A DNA stretch of 64,000 nt from an uncultured delta proteobacterium (GTDB lineage Bacteria; Myxococcota_A; Polyangia; Polyangiales; Polyangiaceae): NCBI GenBank assembly GCA_963696385.1, contig CAVOKF010000007.1, positions 1,280,001-1,344,000 on the forward strand, given 5' to 3'. Every line of letters begins with the position of its first letter. Positions within the stretch are counted from its first letter, which is position 1. This document shows, piece by piece, positions 29,483 to 39,790 of this stretch. A program made the position numbers and the translations under genes. The notes beneath the pieces are model-generated. The model searched no databases, was not told the DNA's origin, and saw only the letters and a program-made list of their open reading frames with translations.

Positions 29483-29824
29483 ATGACAGCCAAAACGGCA
29501 CCCAAGCAGACCAAAGCCGACTTTGTGCGTTCCGCGGATCCCCGGTTGTCCGCCAAAGACGTGGTCGCCAAGGCCAAAGCGGCCGGCATCGCCCTCACGG
29601 ACACCTACGTCTACAACGTTCGCGGAGCCGCCAAAGCGGCCGCGAGCAAGGCCAAGCCAGCACCCGTCAAGGCGCCGGTCGCGCACGCGGTGGCGAAGAG
29701 CGGCGCAAGCGCGGGGTCCGTCGAGTCCCTGCTCAAGGCGGTCGCGGCCGAGATCGGTCTCGGCCGAGCGTTCGAGATTCTGGTGGGCGAGAGGGCCAGA
29801 GTGCAAGCCGTACTCGGGGCTTGA
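29483..29824 (+). CDS. Small basic Lys/Ala-rich protein, putative DNA-binding
   Basis: AAGGAG RBS; TKADFVRS..LSAKDVVAKAKAAGI.LT..YVYNVR, AKP-rich linker, LLKAVAAEIGLGRA. Confidence 0.85.
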   Translation: MTAKTAPKQTKADFVRSADPRLSAKDVVAKAKAAGIALTDTYVYNVRGAAKAAASKAKPAPVKAPVAHAVAKSGASAGSVESLLKAVAAEIGLGRAFEILVGERARVQAVLGA

Positions 29825-30060
29825 GCGGGGGTTCCGACCGCAATGGCACGGGTTTCATCTGGGAAAAGGACGCGATTGAAGCCGATCGACGAGTAGCGAT
29901 CGGCTCCCCGGCCGACCCTCGCGCCCGTACTTGCGATGGCTCGGGATGGGATGAAGGCGGCCCGATTCCAAACGCGCCATCCGGGCGATGACGGCCGCAG
30001 TGTCGGTTCGGGCCGGGTGCGGCTAGCGGACCCCCTCCAACGCATGGCAACGTTACGGGG

Positions 30061-31098
30061 ATGGTGTGCTCCGACCGGCAGTTTTCATTCAGCGTGCCTC
30101 GCCTCGACCGCGCCGTTATCGCGTTCGTGGAAGCCTTCCTGCTGGTCGCGTGCGCGGCGTCGTCCGCTCCGAATTCGCCGAATGGCGGAGGGTCGAGCGC
30201 CGCGACGAGCGGAGGCTCGGGCTCGAGCACGACGGGGGCAAGCACCTCGTCCTCGGGAACGGGAGCCGGTTCGGCAGACGCGACCATGAGCGACGGTTCG
30301 AGCTCCGGCGGCTCGGCCGGACCGGCGAGTTCCTCGGAGGATGGATTGGGCGACGGCCCCTCGCCCGAAAGTGGGATTGGATCGGGTACAGGCTTTTTCA
30401 CCGACGGGTTCGAGTCCGACGCCGTCGGGTCGCAGCCCGCGGGCTTCGGCAATCTCATCGACTACATCGAGAACGGAACCAATCCGAACTCGAGCGGCGA
30501 CTTCGCCACGGTCGACACGACGCATGTTCATAGCGGCGCGCACGCAGTGCACTTTCACGTCGCCACCGGGACGAGCAATCCCTCGTTCTTGACGTATACG
30601 CTTCCTGCCGGAACGAATACGCTCTACGTACGCGCGTGGGTGTACCTGTCGCAGCAGCTCGGCGACAACGCCGCCTCGCAAAACGACAATCACGAGACGC
30701 TCTTCGCGCTCAACGGAAGTCCGGGCAACGTGAACAACGAGATCCGGTTTGGAGCCATCAAGGGCACCGTCGGCGTCAACGCGACCCCGTCGGACAACAT
30801 CACGCCGCTGCAGGCCTCATGGAACGGTCCACCGAGTGTCCCGGCGACGACCTGGACGTGCCTCGAAATCGCTTTCCTCGGCGCGCCCACCCAGAACGAG
30901 CTTCACGCCTGGACGAGCGACGTCGATCTATTCGATGTCACGACGCCGACGCAGTGGCAGAATGGCACGATGCCCATGGATTGGCTCAGCGGCGAGTTCG
31001 TCGAGATCGACCTCGGCTGGCAGAGCTTCAGCGGCTTCGGCGCGGACGTCTGGGTGGACGATCTGGTGCTCGGCAACGATCGGATCGGGTGCGATTGA
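30061..31098 (+). CDS. Lipoprotein with Ser/Gly linker and Cip1/polysaccharide-lyase-like beta-sandwich
   Basis: LVAC lipobox; DGFE, VDTTHVHSG, LYVRAWVY, NHET, WTCLEI, VWVDDL..RIGC. Confidence 0.75.
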   Translation: MVCSDRQFSFSVPRLDRAVIAFVEAFLLVACAASSAPNSPNGGGSSAATSGGSGSSTTGASTSSSGTGAGSADATMSDGSSSGGSAGPASSSEDGLGDGPSPESGIGSGTGFFTDGFESDAVGSQPAGFGNLIDYIENGTNPNSSGDFATVDTTHVHSGAHAVHFHVATGTSNPSFLTYTLPAGTNTLYVRAWVYLSQQLGDNAASQNDNHETLFALNGSPGNVNNEIRFGAIKGTVGVNATPSDNITPLQASWNGPPSVPATTWTCLEIAFLGAPTQNELHAWTSDVDLFDVTTPTQWQNGTMPMDWLSGEFVEIDLGWQSFSGFGADVWVDDLVLGNDRIGCD

Positions 31099-31244
31099 GG
31101 CTCCGAAGAGGCGCCCTTGGCACGGATTGCAAACTATCGCCGAGCCCCAGGCGGTGAAGCATTGCCCCGGCGCGATCCGGGGGCGCTCGCGACATCGACA
31201 CGGTTTGCGCTACCATCGCCTCAGCGGGTGCTTGGCGAAAGTCG

Positions 31245-31908
31245 TTACGGTGACGGCTTTCTCGTAGCCTCCCTTGTGAACACGACATGCGTGGCCTTCG
31301 GGCTGCGACGTGTTCGGAGACTCGATAGCCCAACCGGAGCAAGTCGATCCCGGTGAGCAAGCTCTCGCCGGTTCCGAGCAAGACAGGCGCAATGGCGAGG
31401 TGCATCTCGTCCACCAAGCCCGCCTCCAGGTACTGCCGGATCGTAGCGACGCCGCCGCCGAGCCGCACGTCTTGATCCTTGGCTGCGTCGCGGGCACGCG
31501 CGAGCGCTTCGCGGATGCCTTCGGTGACGAAGTGAAACGTGGTGCCGCCATCCATCGTGATGGATGGTCGCGCATGGTGTGTGAGCACGAAGACGGGCGT
31601 GTGGTATGGCGGGGTGTCGCCCCACCACCCCATCCACGCCTCATCCGGCCAAGGGCCACGAATCGGCCCGAACATATTCCGCCCGAGTATCCAGGCGCCG
31701 ATGCCTGCGAATCCGCGCGCGACGAAGTCGTCGTCGATGCCCGTCGTACCGCCCCCGGTGCCGTGGACCTTCTGAAAGGTGCGCGTGGAGAACAACCAGT
31801 CGTGAAGCGCCATGCCGCCGACGCCCAGCGGGTCCCGGAGATCCTGGTTGGGTCCCGCCCCGAAGCCGTCGAGAGAAACGCTGAAGCAACGGACGCCGAG
31901 CTTTCCAT
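31245..31908 (-). pseudogene. Dihydrofolate reductase/RibD C-terminal family protein, two frameshifts
   Basis: FSVSLDGFGAGP.Q..PLG.GG, GRNMFGP, WWGDTPPYH, GGGVATIRQYL; frame breaks just after ATG and before PKATHVV. Confidence 0.85.
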
Positions 31909-32080
31909 TACGAACCCCTGATGGGACGGGTCGTCGTGAAGCCCGTCGGTCCCCACCACGCGGCGAGGTGCTCGGGACAATTCCACGCCTCGAAGACGAG
32001 ATCCGGGGGTGGGTCGAAGACCTCACCGCGTTCTGCGCAGGCCCCTTGATCATCGGGGCGGCGCTCGGGCAATGGTGAAT
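31908..32080 (-). pseudogene. SRPBCC/AHSA1 domain fragment
   Basis: [31 protein letters not shown] only. Confidence 0.7.
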
Positions 32081-32191
32081 CCATCGAGTCAACGAGCACG
32101 CGATCGGCCAAGGCGCTCCTCGTAGAGATCGTCACTGCGCACGACCGAAGGCCATTCTTGTCGAGGCTCACACACGACGATAGATAGTCGC

Positions 32192-33280
32192 GTGATCCGC
32201 GCGCCCGATGGCGAGTACAATTCTGCCGCTACTCATAGCGTCGTCGCACCGGAGGGGAAGCCCACTACCACGACCTTTCGAGCCGTGATGCTAACCCGCA
32301 AAGGCGGCCTGAAGGCGCTCGACGCGCTGGAGGTCGTAGACCTCCCCGTCCCTGAGCCGGGCCGTGGTCAGGTGCGGGTTCGTGTGCGCGCGACGGGGAT
32401 CGGCTCAACCGACTTCATGGTCCTCGGCGGGTCGTACCGTTACGGCCCGAGAATCCCCTTTGTCCCCGGCTACGAAATTGCGGGCGTGGTGGATGCCCTG
32501 GGACCGGAGGTCAATGGACTCCGCGTCGGCCAGCGGGTCGCAGCGCTGACCGTGTACGGCGGCTTCGGCGAGATGCTCGTGAGAGGGGCAGACCACTTTC
32601 TTCCGATCCCCGAGGGCGTCTCCGACCGTGACGCCGCAGCCGTGGTCTTGAACTACGTGACGGCGTACCAGGCGATCCATCGGGTCGCCAAAGCGAAGGC
32701 CGGGCAGACCGCGCTCGTGACGGGGGCCGCAGGGGGCGTTGGCACCGCGGCCTTGCAGCTTCTCCGCCTCGCGGGCGTGAAGACCTACGGGGCAGCGTCT
32801 TTGGGCAAACACCCCACCCTCCGCGCGCTCGGTGCCATTCCCATCGACTACCGCGCTGGCAGGCTCGATCGGCTCGTTCGCGCCATGGAGCCACGCGGCG
32901 TCGATCTTGTGTTCGACGGGATGGGTGGACCCATGATTGGCCCCTGCATAGGGGCCCTGCGCCCGCATGGTCACCTGGTCGCCTATGGCTTCATGGCCTC
33001 GACGGGCACCCTCTCCGCCCTCTTGATGTTCGCCAACATCCTCCTGGGCTCGCGCCTGCGCGGTCGCCGCGGGAGTTTCTACGGCATCTCCGCGCTCTAC
33101 CAGAAGGATCCAAAGCCGCTGCGGGAGGATCTGCCGAAGATCTTCGCGTTGCTGGCGAAGAAGAAGATCGACCCGATGGTCACGAAGACCTTTCCGCTCC
33201 TGGAAGCAAGCAAAGCGCTGGAGCTTCTTGCGACGGGAAAGGTCGAAGGCAAGATCGTGCTGGAATCGTCCGGACCATGA
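32192..33280 (+). CDS. Medium-chain dehydrogenase/reductase (quinone oxidoreductase-like)
   Basis: [35 protein letters not shown]; no Zn ligands; start uncertain. Confidence 0.93.
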   Translation: MIRAPDGEYNSAATHSVVAPEGKPTTTTFRAVMLTRKGGLKALDALEVVDLPVPEPGRGQVRVRVRATGIGSTDFMVLGGSYRYGPRIPFVPGYEIAGVVDALGPEVNGLRVGQRVAALTVYGGFGEMLVRGADHFLPIPEGVSDRDAAAVVLNYVTAYQAIHRVAKAKAGQTALVTGAAGGVGTAALQLLRLAGVKTYGAASLGKHPTLRALGAIPIDYRAGRLDRLVRAMEPRGVDLVFDGMGGPMIGPCIGALRPHGHLVAYGFMASTGTLSALLMFANILLGSRLRGRRGSFYGISALYQKDPKPLREDLPKIFALLAKKKIDPMVTKTFPLLEASKALELLATGKVEGKIVLESSGP

Positions 33281-33510
33281 GCGATGTGCCCACGGGCATT
33301 CGTGTGTGCGCGCCGAACCGCGATCGGCGGCCGTGTCGCCTACACCCCGATCTGCGCGTCGGTGCCGCCTCTCTACGGCGCTGGCTCCCATACACCTGCG
33401 AAATCCATCGAAGACGCATAAATCCGCTGAAGCTACATCCGAATGCTGCCGTTATTCATCCTGAAGGACGAGCGTGGCGGGTGCGCTGCCGGTCCTGAGG
33501 GGTCGGATCC

Positions 33511-34722
33511 ATGTTCGGACACGGCAGGCGTTCGCGCCTTGCGGCAATCTCGTTTTGTACCACGGTGGCGGGGCTCATCGCGTGGGCGGCCAGCGCGCAG
33601 GCGTTTGCGCTCAAGCTCACACCGCTCGGGCTGCCCGTGCGTTGGCCGGAAGCCCATGTCGGGTTCGTGGTGGACCGGAAGGTCGATGAGTCCGTGAACG
33701 GGGGCGTCCAAGCCGTGACCGCCGCTGTGGGTGCGTGGCACGTTCCCGGTGCGCCAGCCCTCACGGTCGCGATCGGACAAACCCCGAGTGTCCCGGCCGT
33801 GGACGGGCAGAACTCAGTGATATTTGCTCCAAACGGCTTCTTGCCGGCGGGCAACGCGCTGGGGGTCACGCTCGTCAGCTTCGACGCGGTGACAGGCGAC
33901 ATCGTGGACACCGACATCGTCATCAACGGGATTCACGCATTCAGCGTCCTGCCGAGCGATGCGACGCCGCCCGCCGATGCGGAGGCTGTCGCCACCGAGG
34001 GAGGCGCGGGGGTTGACGATCCGAGTAGCCAGACCCACTTCGCGTTCGATTTTCAGCACGTCGTGGCGCACGAAGTCGGACACGCGCTCGGACTCGCGGA
34101 TTCGACCGATTCCAACTCCGCCCTGATGTACTCCTACACGAAGCCGAACGACGCGTCGGTGCGAGGGCCCGCCGACGACGATACCGACGGCATCTCCGAC
34201 CTCTACAGCGGCGGCTTCGTGCCGTCGTCCTCATCGGGGTGCGGAGCCAACGTCGCAGGGGCGCCCGTTCGATCCGGGGACGCGGGTGCGGCGCTCGCAC
34301 TCGCGGTCATCGCCGGCGCCTGGGTCGCCTCGCGCCGGCGGGCGCACCGGTTCGTGTCGTTCGGAGCGATTCTCTTCGCCGTCGGGGCCGGCCCGCTGCC
34401 CGCGCACTCCGCACAGCGACCCGTTCCGTCGCGCGTCTACGCGACGGCGCATGTCGTCGGCGCAACGACCGAAAAGGTCGGGGGCGTCTTCCAGACGACG
34501 CTCGATCTCGTCCCGACCGCATGCAGGGGCGCCACCGACTGCCCCCGACGCGTGCGCGTCTGGGGCGGCACGATCGACGGCATCACCCAAGCGGTCGACG
34601 GGGCGGTCGCACCGCGAGTCGACGACGACGTCGACATCGCCTTGGCCGGGCTGCCGCCCGGTGCGGCCGAGCCACAAGAGACCGACGTCATCGCCATACG
34701 AACGCCGTCAAGGCGTCCGTAA
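33511..34722 (+). CDS. Matrixin-family (metzincin) metalloprotease
   Basis: Signal peptide; DTDIVIN; HEVGHALGLAD; Met-turn ALMYSY; DDTDGI..LY. Confidence 0.88.
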   Translation: MFGHGRRSRLAAISFCTTVAGLIAWAASAQAFALKLTPLGLPVRWPEAHVGFVVDRKVDESVNGGVQAVTAAVGAWHVPGAPALTVAIGQTPSVPAVDGQNSVIFAPNGFLPAGNALGVTLVSFDAVTGDIVDTDIVINGIHAFSVLPSDATPPADAEAVATEGGAGVDDPSSQTHFAFDFQHVVAHEVGHALGLADSTDSNSALMYSYTKPNDASVRGPADDDTDGISDLYSGGFVPSSSSGCGANVAGAPVRSGDAGAALALAVIAGAWVASRRRAHRFVSFGAILFAVGAGPLPAHSAQRPVPSRVYATAHVVGATTEKVGGVFQTTLDLVPTACRGATDCPRRVRVWGGTIDGITQAVDGAVAPRVDDDVDIALAGLPPGAAEPQETDVIAIRTPSRRP

Positions 34723-34858
34723 TCCCCACTCTACCGTTGGACGGGCCGTCGATCCTGGATCAGCGGCCTAACCCTAACCGCCGCGGCGACCAGCCGAACA
34801 TTCGCCGATTCGGGCTCGAGAGCGTCATGGGCTAGAGGCGCTCGAGGGTGCGTCACGG

Positions 34859-35155
34859 ATGAATGCTGCCGTGTGCTGTGGTTCCCCGACGACTTCGCCC
34901 ATCGAACTCAAGGGTTTCCGAAGCGGCCCGTTCCCCGTGTTGGGGACAGCCGTGGTAACCCGTTATCTCATCGTGCGTGCGCTCGCCCTTCGCCTGCTCG
35001 ACGGCGAAGTCATCGAGCACGTGGACAAGCAGGGGCGCCGTTGGAGAGCGACGGCGACGGCTCTCACCCTCGTCGCGCCCGAGACCGGGGAGGACACGCT
35101 CGTGGTCGAGGGCGACGCCTACGAAATCGCCGAGAGACTGAGAAAGCTCGTATAG
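34859..35155 (+). CDS. Hypothetical protein
   Basis: C-terminal ~70 aa has protein-like composition and host codon bias; start uncertain. Confidence 0.4.
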   Translation: MNAAVCCGSPTTSPIELKGFRSGPFPVLGTAVVTRYLIVRALALRLLDGEVIEHVDKQGRRWRATATALTLVAPETGEDTLVVEGDAYEIAERLRKLV

Positions 35156-35290
35156 AGTTCGATGCGCGACACGGAGTCGCGCAGGGGCCTGAGCTTACGC
35201 GGTGCAAGCACGATGGTGCGTCCGTGTGGTTCAGAGCGAGGTCAGGGGCCCGGAAGCCTGCTGGGCGCCGATCCGAGGTACACTGCTCGA

Positions 35291-36088
35291 ATGCCTGTGA
35301 GCCGCGCCGCCAATCTCGCCGTGGCCTCGTTTCGGGACTCGATGCCCGAGCGGTACCGAGGCCACTTTGACGGTGGTTCCATCCAAGAGCACGCGAAGAT
35401 CGTGGGCCGCCGGGCCAAGCTGCCGGTGCACCTCGAGATATGGCAGCGATTGCCAAATGGCCAGGTGGTTCTGTGCGTGGTCGCCGACGATCGGCCCGGA
35501 TTGCTGTCGTTCATCAGCGCCTCGCTCGTCGCTCACGAGATGGACGTTGTCGCGGTCAAGGCTTACACCCGCACCCACCCGGAGACCGGACGCGCCGAAG
35601 CGGTCGACTTCCTGTGGGTGAAGCGACAAAGCGCGCGGGAGTTGCCCTTCTTCGCGCAGGCGGAGCTCGCGCGAATCGGCAACGTCCTGACGACGCTCGT
35701 GAGCGGGGCAGCCACCGTCGAGTCGATCCTCCAACGGGGTCTGCCGCGTTTGAGGCCACCCAGCACGCCGCCGCGAGTCAGGGTCGAAGGTGCCTCCGGC
35801 CACGGGCCCGCTCTGCTGACGGTTGAGACGGGCGATCGCCCCGGGCTGCTCTTGGCGATCACGATGTCGCTATTTCGGAATGGGGTTCAGATTCTCTCCT
35901 CGGATGCGACGACGCAAGAGGGTCGCGTGGTCGACCGCTTCACGATCGCCGAAGCCGACGGTACGCCTCTCGGGCAGGCCCGCCGGAATACTGTGCAGAA
36001 CGAAGTTCTGTCCGCCATCGAGACTCTCGGGCGCGGGAAATCGAGCAGGAGGAGTTCCAGGCCTCCGAAGCCCCGAGGACCGCCCTGA
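35291..36088 (+). CDS. Tandem ACT-domain protein (GlnD C-terminal-like)
   Basis: VADDRPGLLSFI..AVDFLWV and ETGDRPGLLLAIT..VVDRFTI. Confidence 0.85.
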   Translation: MPVSRAANLAVASFRDSMPERYRGHFDGGSIQEHAKIVGRRAKLPVHLEIWQRLPNGQVVLCVVADDRPGLLSFISASLVAHEMDVVAVKAYTRTHPETGRAEAVDFLWVKRQSARELPFFAQAELARIGNVLTTLVSGAATVESILQRGLPRLRPPSTPPRVRVEGASGHGPALLTVETGDRPGLLLAITMSLFRNGVQILSSDATTQEGRVVDRFTIAEADGTPLGQARRNTVQNEVLSAIETLGRGKSSRRSSRPPKPRGPP

Positions 36089-36518
36089 GAGGCGTAGTCC
36101 GGCTGCACGGCCGCCCGCTCCGCTTTGGCATGCGCACCAACTCCCGCTCGGCGGGTGAGCGCGCAACCGCCTCGTCCAAATGAAGCGCTTTGCACCGTTC
36201 CCCCGCCCGTCCGGCAACCGGGGATCGCTTTCGTCCTTTTGCCGAAGACGGATGAAAGTAAATGACGTAAATGACAGAATTCGGTCCAGCGACGCGTCAG
36301 GGTCCTACTGGCGGACCACCCCCTTATACTGCAAACTGCGCACGGATTGAGGGATGGGCGGGCGACCTGCCCGACACGAGACTAGCGCAGGCGGTCCAGG
36401 GGGATGCGCGAGGCGTCGCGGCTGGCGCGTCGGTCTCGGTGCTCGGCTAAGTCGATGCGGACGAGGATTGCGAAGTCGCGTCCACGTCGCGCAGGTCGGT
36501 AGCACTGCGAACGCTAAC

Positions 36519-36608
36519 CTTCCAGATAGCGAGCACCTCGAGCGCGTCGCCAATCACGCGGTAGTAGACGTGGTAACGCGTTCTTCTCATGAGGACTCGC
36601 TCTCGGTC
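36519..36608 (-). pseudogene. RelE/ParE toxin C-terminal fragment
   Basis: RVLMRRTRYHVYYRV..DALEVLAIW. Confidence 0.65.
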
Positions 36609-36649
36609 CAAAAAGAAACCTACGGACGACGACGCCCGACGGCGTCCGC

Positions 36650-37294
36650 TTGACGCGCGTGAGCGCGCCTCCCACGGCGGTGACCCTCGACGTCTGCCCG
36701 GCGCACGGGACATGGTTCGACGCGGACGAGCTGCGCGTGACGGCTCTCGCCTATGCTTCCCTTCCGCCCCCGATGCGTTTGTCGGCAGAGGACTACGAAG
36801 CCCTGAAGCCTCGTCGCCCTCGCTTCGACACCCACTGGGTGTTCTTACCCTTCGAAGGGCGCTGGGAGCTTCAGTCCCAAGACCCCGCCGACGAAGAACT
36901 CGCCATCGAGCACGTCGTCGACTTCCTCATCGGCTGCGGCGTCAGAACGCCCTGCGCGGCCGACGTAGCCGCGGCGACTTGCGGGTTGGTCATCGACATG
37001 CACATCCCGAGCGGAGCGATCCAAACAATCTTATCGCCGTGCACGGCCATTCGAGGATGCCACCATCAGCGCGGCAGCCTAGTCAACGAGGATCAAAGGC
37101 TCACGGTGCTGGTGGCCGAGAGCGACCTGAGCAAGCTCCGCGAACTCGCCGAGGCCGATGACGCAGCATCCCGATGCTCGGCAACCGGACTTCTCCGCGA
37201 GCGCCTTCGCCGCGCGCTCGAACGCGCGGGCACGGCAACGAGACCTGACGATCGCCAAAACCGATCAGCGTCGTCGCCGTTGTCCCAATGGTGA
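36650..37294 (+). other. Mosaic/degenerate ORF: zf-TFIIB-like fragment and ribbon-helix-helix-like fragment
   Basis: VTLDVCPAHGTWFDADELR; QRLTVLVAESDLSKLRELAEADD. Confidence 0.4.
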
Positions 37295-37433
37295 TGCACT
37301 CGAAGAACTACGGCGAGAAGTCAAACGGGACGCGGCGCTGGATCGGCAAGTGCGAGCGCCTGCTCGAACGCTGCGCGGCCGCCGTCGGGAAGAGCGGCAA
37401 AACGTCTTCGCCCCTGGGACGTTGGACGCCCAT

Positions 37434-38558
37434 TCAATCCATAGGCCATGTCACGGCGTCGCCGCCCTCGGTGGGAGGCAGGGAGAGGGGCTCCTCGTCG
37501 ATGAGGGGCTCCGCAGCGGTCGTGCGCCACCACGGAGTGACGTGCTCGACCCGAGAGGGCTCGACCGGCTCGCCGAGGCGCGGCATCACGAGTTGCGCAT
37601 CATCTGCGGGCGCCAGGCGGATCAACGTTTCCGCGGGTTCATCCCACGCATGCATCGCGAGGTTGAACGTGCCCCAATGCACCGGCAGCAACTTGCTTCC
37701 CCCGAGCAGCGCGAGGGCCTCCAGTGCGTGCTCTGGCCCAAGGTGGATGTCACCCCACGCTGGATGGTAGGCCCCGACCTCGAGCATCACGAGATCGAAC
37801 GGCCCGAGCCGGTCCCGGATCGCCGCGTACTCGGGCGTGAGGCCGGTATCTCCGCTAAAGAACACCGCATGGCGCGGTCCTCGTACGATGAGCGACGACC
37901 AGAGCGTAAGGTTGCGGCCGCGGAGCGTGCGCCCTGAAAAGTGCTGCGAAGGTGCAGCCGTAATGGTGAGCCCGCCGCCGAGCTCCACGCGCTCCCACCA
38001 GTCGAGCTCGGTGATGCGCGCTGCCGGCACGCCCCACGCCTCGAGGTGCGCCCCTACGCCGAGTGAGGTGACGAAGGGAACGTCGAGCCGTGAAAGTTCC
38101 AGGATCGTCGGATAGTCCAAGTGGTCGAAGTGGTCGTGCGAGACTACGACCGCATCCAGCGGGGGGAGCGCGGCGATGGCAACGGGGACGGGCTGAAACC
38201 GCCTCGGGCCGGCGAACGTGACCGGTGACGCGCGCTCGCCCCAGACCGGATCCGTCAGGACGCGCAGCCCGTCGATCTCGAGGAGCACGGTGGAGTGTCC
38301 GAGCCACGTCGCACGCAGCCCGGTCTCGGGGGCACGCGACCACTGCCGCAACGGGTCGGTCGACGGCAGCGGGCCGGGCGGGGTCCGACGTTGCCCTCCG
38401 CAGAGAAACTCCGAGATCGTCGGCGCCATGCGGCCCTTCTTGATGCCCGACGAGACCGGAGCAGCGTTGTGGAACGCGCCGTCCGCGAAGCGTGGAGAGG
38501 ACTTGATGCGCTCAAGGCGGAGGCCGCTCGTGCGCGCGCCGAAGGATGCCAGAGCCAT
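37434..38558 (-). CDS. MBL-fold metallo-hydrolase (RomA/NAPE-PLD-like)
   Basis: TWLGHSTVL, TDPVWGERASP, SHDHFDHLD, PSQHFSGR, FSGDTG, PVHWGTF. Confidence 0.95.
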   Translation of the reverse strand: MALASFGARTSGLRLERIKSSPRFADGAFHNAAPVSSGIKKGRMAPTISEFLCGGQRRTPPGPLPSTDPLRQWSRAPETGLRATWLGHSTVLLEIDGLRVLTDPVWGERASPVTFAGPRRFQPVPVAIAALPPLDAVVVSHDHFDHLDYPTILELSRLDVPFVTSLGVGAHLEAWGVPAARITELDWWERVELGGGLTITAAPSQHFSGRTLRGRNLTLWSSLIVRGPRHAVFFSGDTGLTPEYAAIRDRLGPFDLVMLEVGAYHPAWGDIHLGPEHALEALALLGGSKLLPVHWGTFNLAMHAWDEPAETLIRLAPADDAQLVMPRLGEPVEPSRVEHVTPWWRTTAAEPLIDEEPLSLPPTEGGDAVTWPMD

Positions 38559-38794
38559 GTTCCCGCCCTCTGAGCCGGTTGTTGAAGCGTCCCCGATGAG
38601 ATGACCGCAGCCACGGCGCCGTTGCGGCCGGTGAGGCGAAGAGCGAGTGGTGCCGGGGAGCGCCGCGGAAGGCGTGCCCGGGCCCGCCTAGACCGAGGTC
38701 GTGTCGGTCGCCTCGACGACAGCAGCCGAGCATGTGCGCCAGCGAGGGTGGGTATTGTGGCGGGCCGCTCCGTCGCAAGCTTTTACGCAAGCTT

Positions 38795-38813
38795 ATCGAC
38801 ACAATGTGTCGAT
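38795..38813. promoter_or_regulatory. Perfect 9-1-9 inverted repeat, candidate operator
   Basis: ATCGACACA-A-TGTGTCGAT, preceded by direct repeat CGCAAGCTT at 38774 and 38786. Confidence 0.5.
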
Positions 38814-38874
38814 GTTTGAATCTTTGATGATTATTCCGCCGACGCTGGTCGAGCCATTGAGCCTTGACTCGTCT

Positions 38875-38923
<49 letters not shown>

Positions 38924-38934
38924 GATATCGCCCC

Positions 38935-39686
38935 ATGCACCGCAACGGTTGGACCCTTCGCTATGCGGGCAAAACATTTCGCTTCAACTGCGTTCGAATG
39001 ACGGCGGACGGCGTCCATGCCTTAACCGACGGCGATCTGGGCGCAAACTATTGGGCAGTTCAAACAGGCAAAGTGCTCAGACGATTTCCTGGTCCTCGCT
39101 TCGGCTTCTCGACCCTGGCATTGTCGCCGGACGAGCGCGTCGTAGCGACGAGCGGAAGCGACGGACTGACTTTCTGGGGGTTCGACTGGGAACGAGCGTT
39201 CGACGGATCGACGGCGCCAGCGCGCTCTCGATCGGGTACTCATTGGATTCAACGAGAGCGTTTTGGGTAGGCGTCGACGATCGCCTTTGCCAGGCCGAGG
39301 TGCATGGGCACGGGCACGGGAGTCCAACGTGCTTCGATATCGATGCTGGCCGGCTCGACGTCGCGGTCGATGAGTCGCTCACGGGTGAGCGTGACGGAGA
39401 CCTCACGGTCTGGGCAAATGGGACGGGGCACCGTCTCAGGAGCTGGTCGGCCAACGAGCGGGCCATAGACGCGGTCTCCTTTCTTCCAAGCAGAGCGCTT
39501 GCGGCGTCGGCGGGCGAAGACCGCACGATTCGCGTGTGGAGAACCGATACGGGCAAACTGGTATCTGAGCGGCGGACCGTCGGATTCGCGACGGCCGTCG
39601 CTTTGTCCTGAGACGGCGGACGGGTGATCTACGGGACGGACGCGGGCGACGTCCACGTATGGTCCATCGTGGGAGCGGAGCGCTAA
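38935..39686 (+). pseudogene. WD40-repeat protein, fragmented
   Basis: LALSPDERVVATSGSDG..FW; VSF..AASAGEDRTIRVW; ALS*DGGRVIYGTDAGDVHVW, across two frames and a stop. Confidence 0.8.
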
Positions 39687-39790
39687 ACCGACGGCGTGGG
39701 GACCCGGGTAGATGCCGGCGGCCAAGCACCAGAAAGCATGGCACAGTAGCGAAGAGCAAAACGATGCGTCACCCGTTCGGACCGCGCAGG

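Noticed and set aside
31119..31132. Sigma-54 promoter TGGCACGGATTGCA
   Set aside because: GG to GC spacing is 8 rather than the required 10, and no gene follows on that strand
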